From UHGV virus genome UHGV-0150809: 40,561 bases of DNA. One strand, written 5' to 3'. Source of the DNA: a virus. The position numbers were made by a program, and so were the translations under genes. Positions 1-8,683 of this stretch are shown here, piece by piece; positions within the stretch are counted from its first letter, which is position 1, and each line of letters opens with the position of its first letter. The notes under the pieces are model-generated. The model ran no database searches. It was not told where the DNA came from and saw nothing but the letters and a program-made list of their open reading frames with translations.

Positions 1-49
1 ATGTTTGCAGTTTCAAGGCATTTCCTTAAATCTGCTGGTGATGCCCTGT

Positions 50-712
50 TCATGCTGCACGCTCCCGCCCCTGGTTGTCTGTTGGTGACAGCGGAGAATT
101 GCTGAATGCATTTGTTAATCCGCCAATATCCAACGCGTATCCAGGGTGTAGTTGCACTGCCGGGTCTTCGCACTGATTACCCCAAACATCGAAGCCATGA
201 GACGACTGGCGGGCGAACAGTTCAATGCGAGAAACATCGCCTAACAATTGCACAAGTTTTTCACGAACGACATCTGGTTTTCTTGAATGCTCAAGCCGCG
301 GTGCGGTAAATGATTGAACGATCCCTGCATTAATGCGCGGAGGTAGTTTTCCCTTTACTGCAAACAGGCAATATTCACTATTTGCGCGAGTCATGTGTCC
401 CATACCCATAACCAGTTTATCTGGTTGTCGACTACCACATTTTATCCACGTGAAGCCCTTCATGGTCATCAGACGGAATCCCCAGGCTTCAACAACTTTT
501 AGCGCTTCGAGTGGTTGTGTTGGCACCCACCACATTGCCAACAGACAGTTTTCATCGGCCAAATCCCACACAGGAAGGCGGCAGATATCCAGCACACTCA
601 TAACCGGATATTTAAAACCGGCACCGCGATTACCATCTGCGGCTTTGTCCCGGTATACCCAGGGGGGATCTGCATAGATTAGTGTGTATTTCTTAGTCAT
701 AAACCACCCCAC
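50..712 (-). CDS. Phage DNA N6-adenine methyltransferase (MT-A70/Dam-like), orphan, no cognate nuclease nearby
   Basis: N-terminal LIYADPPW motif (DPPW catalytic motif IV) in the 220-aa ORF; the true start may be the internal ATG at 700 (MTKKY) preceded by GGGGTGG. Lies at the distal end of the leftward early operon. Confidence 0.7.
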   Translation of the reverse strand: MGWFMTKKYTLIYADPPWVYRDKAADGNRGAGFKYPVMSVLDICRLPVWDLADENCLLAMWWVPTQPLEALKVVEAWGFRLMTMKGFTWIKCGSRQPDKLVMGMGHMTRANSEYCLFAVKGKLPPRINAGIVQSFTAPRLEHSRKPDVVREKLVQLLGDVSRIELFARQSSHGFDVWGNQCEDPAVQLHPGYALDIGGLTNAFSNSPLSPTDNQGRERAA

Positions 713-992
713 AACATCCTATGCCGCTATAGTCGCCACGGCGAAGGCCGTTACCTTTTGTGATACATTGGTCCCTGCGAACCGCGATCCTTGCACGCTC
801 AACATCACCAGAAGCAACATCCATACACTGAAGCCAAAGGTGGGCGGCAATGCGGAACTGCCCTTTTTTCTCTCTTTCAATCGCGCGTTTTTCGATCTCT
901 ATCGCCGCAGGAGTAACGGCAACAACCTTTGAAGGGCTGCGCATTGAAACCTTGTTCATGTGATATTTTTCAAGTCGGCTTAACTTTCTCAC
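693..992 (-). CDS. Hypothetical small early protein
   Basis: 99-codon ORF co-oriented with the early-left operon; stop overlaps the methyltransferase start region; reported start is GTG; no recognisable motif. Confidence 0.4.
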   Translation of the reverse strand: MRKLSRLEKYHMNKVSMRSPSKVVAVTPAAIEIEKRAIEREKKGQFRIAAHLWLQCMDVASGDVERARIAVRRDQCITKGNGLRRGDYSGIGCCGVVYD

Positions 993-1101
993 TTAATCCA
1001 ACCCTCTCTGAAAATTAATGCCAGCAGATAAAGCCATGCTGAAACAGAGGTCAGGAATAAGTACCATCCTGACCATTTGCTCCAGTGCCTTAGCAGCACA
1101 C

Positions 1102-1350
1102 TCATGCCGCGTTGCTCACAGGACGATATACACGTTGCTGAACAGGAGGTTTTTTACCCTGGAACTCTGCCGGGCTTGCTGCCTGACGTTCATCAAGCCA
1201 ACGCTCAACTTCGTCACGGTTCCATGCGCAGCGTTTGTCAGTGATATACCAGCGTTTAGGAAATTCACCTGCGCGCTCCATACGGTCGATAGTGCTCCAT
1301 GACAGTGGCACCACCGCCAGGAGTTCCTTCTTACCTAATGCACCTTTCAT
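1102..1350 (-). CDS. AlpA-family HTH regulator / excisionase-like protein
   Basis: 82 aa; segment LSWSTIDRMERAGEFPKRWYI matches the AlpA/Vis-type helix-turn-helix; GAGAGG RBS upstream of the ATG. Confidence 0.6.
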   Translation of the reverse strand: MKGALGKKELLAVVPLSWSTIDRMERAGEFPKRWYITDKRCAWNRDEVERWLDERQAASPAEFQGKKPPVQQRVYRPVSNAA

Positions 1351-1399
1351 AAATACCTCTCTTGGTTGCAGTGCGGCGCGTGTGGCGCCGCGGTGGTGG

Positions 1400-2422
1400 T
1401 TACTCGAATTCTGGACGCATATCGTTAAGCGTCATCATGAATTTTTGGTGATATTCATCACCGAGCTTGTCAGCCATGGTGTTAATTTCATTTTCAGCGC
1501 GCTTGAACATCGTTTTTGCATCTTCAGCAGATGGATCCAGGCTATTAAGTATCGCGATGATATATTCTCGAGCTTCTTCTCGTTCTGAATCTGAAATTGG
1601 CGATAGGTGTTGACGCTCATCGTCAACTACGGAATATTCACCAGTGATAACAGCTGCGTTATCTTGGCTAAGTCCAGCTTCAGCGCGCTCATCCATAACA
1701 ACAGCCTTCTGCATTTCAATAGAAACAGGAAGATATTTGAACAGTCGGCGAATTACTGTTTTTTTAGCCATCTCATCGAAGTGATCAACCCATGGGCCAC
1801 TGCTACCGGCTTTGCTCAGTGCACGAACTTTCTCAACGTCTGCCCGGCTCATAACTTCAAATTGGACACCGCCATCTTTCAGTCGGGCAACGGCGTAAAC
1901 GTGCGTTAGTTCTCCGCGGTCACCTGTTTCGCAAGGTAAATGCTCGAGCGTTTCTTCCAGGCCGTATGAGTAGCTGAATTTGTCGTTTGTATGTACGGTA
2001 CGAGCCGAGATGCTCAGGATCTGCCCTGAGCGGCGGGCAAGGTCAATCATTCCGCGATAGCCGATAATCAGCTGTGCTTCTGTAGATACGGTTTCCCATC
2101 TTCCATTTACTTTCTGGCGTTTGTCGAACGGTATCAGGTAAGCGTGTCCAAGAGCTCCGCCTGGTTCAAGACCCAATTGGGCACATTGCATAATTGCCCC
2201 CAGGAAGCTGGCTTGGTCGCATGATGCAAGTTTTGGAACCTTTCGGATCTCTGTGGTTGCTATGCGCGCCAGACGGTCTGCTGTCATGTGCTTTGGAAGT
2301 GCCAAAGCCATCTGAGCTTTAATTTTTGGGTCTGCCAGAAGTCCGGCCAGAGTTGTTGGTTTCTCATTATGATGTGCAACTTGGTTACCGGTAGCCGCTG
2401 CCTTAAGTGCATTGATAGACAT
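1400..2422 (-). CDS. recT: RecT-family single-strand annealing recombinase
   Basis: 340-aa ORF with the RecT-like core (GYRGMIDLARRSG, acidic C-terminal tail); AAGGAG RBS; immediately downstream of a YqaJ-type exonuclease, the canonical pairing. Confidence 0.8.
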   Translation of the reverse strand: MSINALKAAATGNQVAHHNEKPTTLAGLLADPKIKAQMALALPKHMTADRLARIATTEIRKVPKLASCDQASFLGAIMQCAQLGLEPGGALGHAYLIPFDKRQKVNGRWETVSTEAQLIIGYRGMIDLARRSGQILSISARTVHTNDKFSYSYGLEETLEHLPCETGDRGELTHVYAVARLKDGGVQFEVMSRADVEKVRALSKAGSSGPWVDHFDEMAKKTVIRRLFKYLPVSIEMQKAVVMDERAEAGLSQDNAAVITGEYSVVDDERQHLSPISDSEREEAREYIIAILNSLDPSAEDAKTMFKRAENEINTMADKLGDEYHQKFMMTLNDMRPEFE

Positions 2423-2431
2423 TTTTTCTCC

Positions 2432-3331
2432 TTACTTCATTCTGAAGACGCGTTGTGTCGTTGTTGTTTTGAATTTTTCGAATAACTCAGGGTGTACTGA
2501 CTGGAATAGCTTCTGGTCGAATCTGTTGCTGATCTGAGATTTCCATGTGCAGAGCGGCTTTCCGTCCAGGGTCAGGACTGAATGCTCTTGCATGTACATC
2601 TTCAGCTTCTCTTCTGATATAGCTATTTCTTCTTCCAGTGATTTTCTGCGTGACTTCATGTCTCGTAGATCGTTGAATAGTGCGAGTGCCTTTCCGTCAG
2701 CCTCGATACTTGTCCCGGCATCTTTCTCAAACATCAGCGATACATCGCTTACGCTGGTAGCTTCCGGCGGGTTAAGATTTTTCACTCGGTCCCAGAAAGC
2801 GATTTCTTTTTCTAAGATCGCCTGGATAGTTTCTTCATCACGCTCAACCCGATAGATTCGGAAGTCGTCGCCACCGATAAGCACACCGAAAACGCATACC
2901 TGTTTGTTTGTAACCATCAACCCATGCATGGCCTGGGCCGTGTAATGCACAGGAATTGCATCTGTCTGGATTTCTCCCCATTCTTTGGCTTTGAACGGGC
3001 TAACTGTTTTGATCTCAATGTTCTCTCCTGACGCTGCTTCTGCATCGATCTCAGCTGCAATAAAATCGTAATCACGGTGGATATAGCGGTTTCCGCGATG
3101 AACGATTTCCATCCCTGTTTCCTCAGAAAGCAGGTCTATTACGTATGGCTCCATACGCTGGCCACGCGTGAAAACTTTCTGCTTGCTTGGGTCTACTGGT
3201 TTGACACGTGGCTGGACCTTATCCAGATAAACCTCAAGCGGGGTGCGCCATGGGCTAATTCCAAGAATCCCTGCAACATCGCTTCCTCCGATGTATTTTC
3301 TTCTATCCATGATTCCAGCGTTCCGCATCAT
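2432..3331 (-). CDS. YqaJ/lambda-Exo-like phage recombination exonuclease
   Basis: 299 aa; N-terminal IGGSDVAGILGISPWRTPLEVY resembles the YqaJ viral recombinase nuclease domain; start ATGATG overlaps the stop of the upstream ORF (translational coupling). Confidence 0.75.
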   Translation of the reverse strand: MMRNAGIMDRRKYIGGSDVAGILGISPWRTPLEVYLDKVQPRVKPVDPSKQKVFTRGQRMEPYVIDLLSEETGMEIVHRGNRYIHRDYDFIAAEIDAEAASGENIEIKTVSPFKAKEWGEIQTDAIPVHYTAQAMHGLMVTNKQVCVFGVLIGGDDFRIYRVERDEETIQAILEKEIAFWDRVKNLNPPEATSVSDVSLMFEKDAGTSIEADGKALALFNDLRDMKSRRKSLEEEIAISEEKLKMYMQEHSVLTLDGKPLCTWKSQISNRFDQKLFQSVHPELFEKFKTTTTQRVFRMK

Positions 3332-3627
3332 GCCGCGTCCCTCTGCCCATCAATCCGATCCGCCAGATCCCAGCGGGCGATAATTGCCATTGCCTCGCGC
3401 CGGTAGGCATCCATTAGTTCTTCGAACTCAGGGCTGTCTTTAGCGGCCTCCAGTACTTCCTGGCGAACGCCTTTGCCTGTTACAACGTCGAAAGTTGAGG
3501 CCAGTTGATGAAGCCGGATACTCTCAATCAGTTCAACTTGTCGGTCATATAGCTGTTCTGACAGGCAGTAGTCCTTGTCGAATGCCAGCATGATTTTTTG
3601 AAGATTTTTCTGCTGATTAACGTTCAT
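3328..3627 (-). CDS. Hypothetical early-left protein
   Basis: ORF track 3328..3642; preferred start is the ATG at 3627 (MNVNQQ) with GGGAGGG RBS; no family assignment. Confidence 0.45.
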   Translation of the reverse strand: MNVNQQKNLQKIMLAFDKDYCLSEQLYDRQVELIESIRLHQLASTFDVVTGKGVRQEVLEAAKDSPEFEELMDAYRREAMAIIARWDLADRIDGQRDAA

Positions 3628-3629
3628 TA

Positions 3630-3781
3630 TCAGCCCTCCCATATCTCGTTATCGTTGGCCACATCGCGAGCTTCTTTGCTGACGAAAGCCCACTTAATGC
3701 CTTCCTGTAAGGTGCGGAACTTCCAGCTCATGAATCCGCATGCAGTAACGCAGTACCAACCGTTGATGATTTTCCACTGCA
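3630..3781 (-). CDS. Small 49-aa ORF, first gene after the leftward early promoter (not in ORF track)
   Basis: Hand-translated: ATG at 3781 preceded by GAGGTAAC RBS; MQWKIINGWYCVTACGFMSWKFRTLQEGIKWAFVSKEARDVANDNEIWEG; TGA stop overlaps the next gene's RBS. Confidence 0.3.
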
Positions 3782-3862
3782 TAATTTGTTACCTCGGTCT
3801 GTTACCGTTGAGGTAATGATTATGCGTATTTGGTTTGATGTCAATAGATATGAGTTAAAAAA

Positions 3863-3877
3863 ATTACCCATAAGGTA
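3863..3877. promoter_or_regulatory. Operator-like palindrome TTACCCATAAGGTAA at the leftward early promoter (OL-like)
   Basis: Perfect TTACC-N5-GGTAA inverted repeat between the repressor gene end and the first leftward early ORF. Confidence 0.45.
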
Positions 3878-3888
3878 ATCTTGATGGC

Positions 3889-3914
3889 AATAAAAAAGCC
3901 GCCATGAGGCGGCT
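3889..3914 (-). terminator. Rho-independent terminator downstream of the repressor gene
   Basis: On the minus strand a GCCGCC-tcat-GGCGGC hairpin followed by a T-run; approximate coordinates. Confidence 0.45.
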
Positions 3915-3935
3915 TACTTGCTGAAAACTATAGTT

Positions 3936-4520
3936 TTATTGTTTATTTTTTTCGTTCTGGTTGATGACAAATTCAATGTAACTTTCGATCTTTGCTTTCT
4001 CGGTTTCGGGTAACAATGCGTAGCGCGAGCGGTCATAGTTGATGGTCGCAGGGTCGTGCGGGTGAATCAGTAATTCATAGCCGTGACGCCCGAATGCGGA
4101 TGCAACATTCTCCAGGGTGGAAATGGAAACGCTGACTTCATTGTTTAACAGGCGGCTGATTGTCACCTGGGCGACGCCGGATGCGCGGTGAAGTTTTCCT
4201 TGTGTTGAAAGGTCGCGGCTTTCGCTCATCCAGCGTTCCAGGTTGTGAGCCGCCAGCTGACCAATGTCGCTTGGTCCGACAGGCTGAAAACCCTCCTGAG
4301 AAAGCGAGCGATCGATATCAAGCCAGTTACGTGGTTTATTGGCGGCAGCTTCAATTTTTCGCGCAACCTGGTCGCCGATAACCTTCTTGCCAAGAGCCCA
4401 GCGGTTTACCAGATTTGCCTGAGTTCCAAGTTTTTCTGCCATCCGCGTCTGAACACCATTGAATTCACGGTCGATCAAGTCGTTGAGATTTTGCCTGCGG
4501 ACGTCCTGGATACTTTTCAT
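3936..4520 (-). CDS. Phage repressor (CI-like) with two tandem HTH domains and no S24/LexA-like autopeptidase domain
   Basis: 194 aa; N-terminal HTH (GVQTRMAEKLGTQANLVNRWALGKK) and second HTH (ASGVAQVTISRLLNNE); no Ala-Gly/Ser-Lys peptidase motifs; divergent from the cro-like gene with an operator cluster between. Confidence 0.7.
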   Translation of the reverse strand: MKSIQDVRRQNLNDLIDREFNGVQTRMAEKLGTQANLVNRWALGKKVIGDQVARKIEAAANKPRNWLDIDRSLSQEGFQPVGPSDIGQLAAHNLERWMSESRDLSTQGKLHRASGVAQVTISRLLNNEVSVSISTLENVASAFGRHGYELLIHPHDPATINYDRSRYALLPETEKAKIESYIEFVINQNEKNKQ

Positions 4521-4575
4521 TTTCTGGAAAATCGTCTCATATATGAATCAGTAGATGATTCAATTTAAAGCAATA

Positions 4576-4638
4576 TTACCCAACAGGTAAATGCACCTCA
4601 TAGGTAACTATCCTTGATTTTTGTTACCTTATGGGTGA
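4576..4638. promoter_or_regulatory. Tripartite operator cluster between repressor and cro (OR-like): 4576-4590 TTACCCAACAGGTAA, 4593-4607 GCACCTCATAGGTAA, 4624-4638 TTACCTTATGGGTGA
   Basis: Three adjacent copies of the palindrome seen directly in the divergent intergenic region; a TTGATT -35-like hexamer at 4614-4619 places the rightward promoter over the third site. Confidence 0.5.
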
Positions 4639-4674
4639 ATATTTATTATCTGAAATAAATATCAGGCAATAGCT

Positions 4675-4905
4675 ATGAGCGATAACGGACATTTCGATTT
4701 CAAAAAGCACTGGCTTGCACTTACTCCGGATGAGCGTGAAGCCTTCGCACAGGAAGCCGGAACGACGAGTCACTATATCCAGACTCACTTAACAGGTAAG
4801 CGCAAAATGCCAGGTAAAGTATTGATGAATGGGCTTTTTAAAGCCTGTAAAACAAGACAATGGCTGCGCTCAAAAGCAGAACTGGCATACTTCTTCTACT
4901 CATGA
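4675..4905 (+). CDS. Cro-like / YdaS-like HTH regulator
   Basis: 76 aa, divergent from the repressor; HTH-like segment LTPDEREAFAQEAGTTSHYIQTHLTGKR. Confidence 0.6.
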   Translation: MSDNGHFDFKKHWLALTPDEREAFAQEAGTTSHYIQTHLTGKRKMPGKVLMNGLFKACKTRQWLRSKAELAYFFYS

Positions 4906-4927
4906 TATCCAGCTACAACCCTCTGTA

Positions 4928-4950
4928 GACCGCCACCCGGCGGTCTTTTC
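4928..4950 (+). terminator. Rho-independent terminator after cro (tR1-like)
   Basis: GACCGCC-accc-GGCGGTC hairpin followed by TTTTC. Confidence 0.55.
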
Positions 4951-5055
4951 ATATCTATTCGTACCTCAAAGGTAATAAAAAACCAAATCTGGTTGATCTT
5001 TTTTTTGTGTCAGCACAAAATAACCGTAATCCCAATACTAATAACAGGGCTTACC

Positions 5056-5256
5056 ATGGAAATCATTACACGTATTGATGCCGCAAAGCGCGGACTTAAA
5101 CGCTATTACACCGGAAAACAATGTAAGCACGGACATGACAGTGAACGCTGGGTTTACAACGGACACTGTGTTGAGTGCACCATGGAATCAAACCGTCGCA
5201 TCAGGGCAGAGATTAAGCAGATCATGATTAATTCCTCCCCACAACATTCAAGCTGA
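5056..5256 (+). CDS. Small zinc-binding protein in the cII position
   Basis: ORF track 4993..5256; preferred start MEIITR at 5056; CKHGH...HCVEC spacing suggests a zinc ribbon; function unknown. Confidence 0.4.
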   Translation: MEIITRIDAAKRGLKRYYTGKQCKHGHDSERWVYNGHCVECTMESNRRIRAEIKQIMINSSPQHSS

Positions 5257-5271
5257 TAGCGGAGATTAATC

Positions 5272-6087
5272 ATGAGCAGACATGCAACAGATTGGGCCTG
5301 GGAGACAGATCCAGGTAGCTCGTCATTAAAGCTCATACTGCTCTCGATGGCTGACAGAGCCGATGAATATAACCTCTGCTACCCCAGCATAGAACGCCTC
5401 GTTAAAGACACTTGCCTGAATAAAAAAACCGTGCAGGCCGGGCTTATATCGCTCATGAAAATGGGTCTTATTTCAGATACCGGAGAGAGAAAGGGGGCGA
5501 CGAAAAGAGTACGGGTTTTCTCTCTTAATATAACCAAAAACGGGAACATTAAAGGCGACCGGGAGGGGGGTAATGAACCCGAAAACGGTAATGAACCCGA
5601 AAACGGGAATATACCCAAAAACGGGATGTTGAATGATCCCAAAAACGGGATGTTGAATGATCCCAAAAACGGGATCCAGAACCAGTCATATAACCAGTCA
5701 TTTAACCAAGAGAGGGAGAGCAGGACAAAAAACGGGGATTCTGTGCATCATGACCCCGGCGCAAACAACGCCGTGATGAATAACTTTGTTCCTCCTGGTG
5801 GGCCAGGGCAATTAGGCAAATTTGTCATGCATGAACAATGGCAACCATCAGATGACTTTCTTCGGAAAAGCTCATTGCAGGGGATCTACCTGGACAGTCT
5901 GCCAACGGCACAGGAACTTGCAGAGTTCAGAATTTACTGGATGGCTGAGGGTAAGGCATACCATCAGGCACAGTGGGAGCAGAAGCTGGCAAGGCGGCTG
6001 CAGATTAGCAGACAGAAGCAATCAACATTATCTGATAACAACGTTCCGCACTGGAACAGCCCTGAAGCATGGGAGGATTTCTTGTGA
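5272..6087 (+). CDS. Replication initiator, lambda O-like, with ori iterons embedded in the coding sequence
   Basis: GGAG RBS; N-terminal HTH-like region (SIERLVKDTCLNKKTVQAGL); internal peptide repeats GNEPENGNEPENG / MLNDPKNGMLNDPKNG encoded by DNA iterons; immediately followed by a lambda P homolog. Confidence 0.65.
   Translation: MSRHATDWAWETDPGSSSLKLILLSMADRADEYNLCYPSIERLVKDTCLNKKTVQAGLISLMKMGLISDTGERKGATKRVRVFSLNITKNGNIKGDREGGNEPENGNEPENGNIPKNGMLNDPKNGMLNDPKNGIQNQSYNQSFNQERESRTKNGDSVHHDPGANNAVMNNFVPPGGPGQLGKFVMHEQWQPSDDFLRKSSLQGIYLDSLPTAQELAEFRIYWMAEGKAYHQAQWEQKLARRLQISRQKQSTLSDNNVPHWNSPEAWEDFL
5534..5680. repeat. Replication-origin iterons (about six direct repeats, core AAAACGG(G/T)A) inside the O-like gene
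   Basis: Direct repeats visible in sequence (aacccgaaaacggtaatg x2, atcccaaaaacgggatgttgaatg x2, plus variants), followed by a short direct repeat accagtcat(a/t)taacca; matches the lambda ori-in-O arrangement. Confidence 0.6.
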
Positions 6088-6869
6088 ACAACGTTTTTAC
6101 CGCGATACAAAACCGTGACGGAGAAGCCCTTTCTCGCATGTCAGGTTATGAGCATCAGTACACCAACAATGACAACGTGGTGAACATGTCAGCAGAGAGG
6201 CTTGTTGATGCCCTTTTCAAACAGCTGAAACAACTGTTTCCGGCGGCAGTGGTAACCAACCTGAAGACGCCAGAGCAGGAAGTTGCTGCAAAACAGCAGT
6301 GGATTGCTGCGTTTGCCGAAGGGGGGATCCGAACCCGTGAACAGGTTTCTGCTGGTATGCGCCACGCCCGCGCCAGTGAATCTCCGTTCTGGCCGTCGCC
6401 AGGGCAATTCATCAAGTGGTGTAAAGACAGCAAGATGGTTCTTGGCGTCACCATTGACGATGTGATGGCGGAGTTTCACCGGTACAGCAAGGAAAAAAGT
6501 TTATATCCTGGTGGTCCCGAAAGATTCCCGTGGCGACATCCGGTTATGTACTGGGTCGTATGTGATACCCGCCGTGCAATGTATCAGCGCCAGCTTAGCG
6601 AGATTGAGGTTGAGAAACACGCGCGCAGGCTGCTCGATGATTGGGCGAAAAAGGTGGCTTCCGGACAGCAGATACCCGATCCGGTGATCAGCATACAGGC
6701 AAAGCCAGAACCCATGAGTACGCCTCCGGACACAGGGAGAGACGTTTACCATCCACCAGGGCGAAGTTTCGGGTGCATGCCTAACGCCGCCACCCTTGGG
6801 GGAATAACACCGGCGCAGTGGCTGATGGAGGAATACAGGCGGGGAAAGGCGTCAGGATTTATCAAGTAA
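6084..6869 (+). CDS. Replication protein P-like (helicase loader)
   Basis: Strong similarity by eye to lambda P (QQWIAAFAEGGIRTREQVSAGMRHARASESPFWPSPGQFIKWCK vs lambda RQWVLAFRENGITTMEQVNAGMRVARRQNRPFLPSPGQFVAWCR). Preferred start is GTG 6084 after GGAGGA, overlapping the O stop; the ATG at 6069 is the alternative. Confidence 0.8.
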   Translation: MNNVFTAIQNRDGEALSRMSGYEHQYTNNDNVVNMSAERLVDALFKQLKQLFPAAVVTNLKTPEQEVAAKQQWIAAFAEGGIRTREQVSAGMRHARASESPFWPSPGQFIKWCKDSKMVLGVTIDDVMAEFHRYSKEKSLYPGGPERFPWRHPVMYWVVCDTRRAMYQRQLSEIEVEKHARRLLDDWAKKVASGQQIPDPVISIQAKPEPMSTPPDTGRDVYHPPGRSFGCMPNAATLGGITPAQWLMEEYRRGKASGFIK

Positions 6870-6906
6870 TACCAGCGCGATAGCGCATTTTTTTACGTCT
6901 CGATAA

Positions 6907-6983
6907 TTACCTTAGAGGTAATAAAATATTCTAAAATCTATTGATTTCGTGTCTTATGTGGTTTTTAATTACCTAAGGGGTAA
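6907..6983. promoter_or_regulatory. Two operator-like palindromes (6907-6921 TTACCTTAGAGGTAA; 6969-6983 TTACCTAAGGGGTAA) upstream of the gene at 6987
   Basis: Perfect TTACC-N5-GGTAA copies in the P-to-next-gene gap; the second overlaps the RBS. Confidence 0.4.
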
Positions 6984-6986
6984 ATC

Positions 6987-7331
6987 ATGAGAAAACAGAT
7001 ACAGGCTCTTGGTCGACTCAAAACAGGCCAGATGAACAAAACAGAATCTGCGTATTGCCAGCACCTTGAGCTGCGTAAACGTGCAGGAGAAATCGTCTGG
7101 TATCGATTTGAGGGTATCAAGCTGCGGTTAGCTGACAACACGTTCTATACGCCCGATTTTGCTGTGATGCTCGCCACCGGCGAGATGGAACTGCACGAAG
7201 TGAAAGGTTTCTGGAGCGACGACGCCAGGGTGAAAACCAAAGTCGCCGCAGATCAGTATCCGTTCCGAATCATCGGGGTAACGGTTAAACCAAAGAAAGC
7301 AGGTGGTGGCTGGAACATCGAAAAGTTCTGA
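6987..7331 (+). CDS. DUF1064-like small phage protein (possible PD-(D/E)xK-fold nuclease)
   Basis: 114 aa; FYTPDF...ELHEVKG pattern recalled from DUF1064-type phage proteins; assignment from memory only. Confidence 0.45.
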   Translation: MRKQIQALGRLKTGQMNKTESAYCQHLELRKRAGEIVWYRFEGIKLRLADNTFYTPDFAVMLATGEMELHEVKGFWSDDARVKTKVAADQYPFRIIGVTVKPKKAGGGWNIEKF

Positions 7332-7392
7332 ATCGACGATCTTTTTAGTTATCAATGTAATCAATAAGTTATGTGGATAAGCGAGGGTAAAG

Positions 7393-8004
7393 ATGGAAAG
7401 TATGGCTGAAGGTATGATCAAAGATTTAGTGGCATCAGGGCATGCGTTAGCTGACGACATGACAGGCGCACCATCCGTGCTTGTTCGCTGTTTGGCAGCG
7501 CAACTGGAAGTTCAGTTGGTGCGTGCTAATGAGCTGGCCGAAGACCACCAGAGAGCGATTGAGTCAATTAAGCAGGCTGATGCAGCTGTTAAGTTGGCAC
7601 ACGAGAAGTTTTCGACGCTGGCAGCGGAGAATGCGGGGCTAAAGGCGATATGTGATGACCGTCGCAGATTCATCATGAATGGGGTGCAGATGGGTTATAT
7701 CAAGGTGCCAGCAGCGGAAACAGATCCAGACCTTGAGACAATTCGCATTGCTATATCACCACAAAAGCCCATTCCAGCCACCGATGCTTTCCTGTCTGAA
7801 GTGCGGGCGCAGGGGGTGGATGCTGCTATAGAAGCTGCAAAAAATCTGGTGGCCCAAGAATATGAGTATAAGGATTTCAAAGCGGCGCAGAGTGATTGCT
7901 GTATGCACCCTGGTTCAGACCTGGTAGGGAAGGTTGAAATGACTGAGTGGTTAGTTGACTTTGCTGCCCAGCTTCGCAAAGGAGGCACCAGTGAGCGAGA
8001 TTGA
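7393..8004 (+). CDS. Hypothetical protein
   Basis: 203-aa ORF with GAGGGTAAAG RBS; no recognised motif. Confidence 0.45.
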   Translation: MESMAEGMIKDLVASGHALADDMTGAPSVLVRCLAAQLEVQLVRANELAEDHQRAIESIKQADAAVKLAHEKFSTLAAENAGLKAICDDRRRFIMNGVQMGYIKVPAAETDPDLETIRIAISPQKPIPATDAFLSEVRAQGVDAAIEAAKNLVAQEYEYKDFKAAQSDCCMHPGSDLVGKVEMTEWLVDFAAQLRKGGTSERD

Positions 8005-8683
8005 CTATCAGGCGTTGCGTAAGGCAGCACAAAACTATCAATCGACTCTGGCGTGGTATCAGGAAAAGCCAGACAGTCCAAACGCTGAACAGGATTGTGA
8101 TGCAGCTTTAGCGGCGTTTAAGCGAGAAATCCGTCATCGGGAAGTGGACATTATCGCCGGGCTGTTGGATGAGCTGGACGAAAAACAGCAATACATCAAA
8201 CTCCGCGACCAGGAGAACGAGGATATTGCGCTAACGGTAGGGAAGCTGCGTGTTGAGCTGGAAGCAACAGAGAACAACCTTATTGATAGTGAATGCCATG
8301 TTGCTGAACTGGAAGAAGCGCTACGCGATAAGCAGGTGTTACTTGAAGCCTCAGAAAAGCGCAACGCAAAATTACAAAGCGAGAATGCATACATCCGCAA
8401 CCGGTTCAAAGAACTGGACCTGTTAATCGGGAAAAACATTCTGGTCATGCAGGCTGCCATTATCGAATGGCAGGCAACTGGCGACGCTAAGAGCGGACTG
8501 GCATGGATTTATAACACACTGTTTGGCCCAGGCGAATTGCCGGACGAATCTGAGCAAGATGCTCAGGCCTACTTTAATCGCAAATATGCACCGATTGACG
8601 AAAAGCTTATGGCGCTTCACAAGTGGTTTTGGGAACAAAGTGAAGCCGAGCGCGCCGCTGGCATCAAGGAGGAGTCTGAGTGA
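7991..8683 (+). CDS. Hypothetical coiled-coil protein
   Basis: ORF track 7955..8683; preferred start GTG 7991 after GGAGG, overlapping the upstream stop; central heptad-like Glu/Leu-rich segment. Confidence 0.45.
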   Translation: MSEIDYQALRKAAQNYQSTLAWYQEKPDSPNAEQDCDAALAAFKREIRHREVDIIAGLLDELDEKQQYIKLRDQENEDIALTVGKLRVELEATENNLIDSECHVAELEEALRDKQVLLEASEKRNAKLQSENAYIRNRFKELDLLIGKNILVMQAAIIEWQATGDAKSGLAWIYNTLFGPGELPDESEQDAQAYFNRKYAPIDEKLMALHKWFWEQSEAERAAGIKEESE

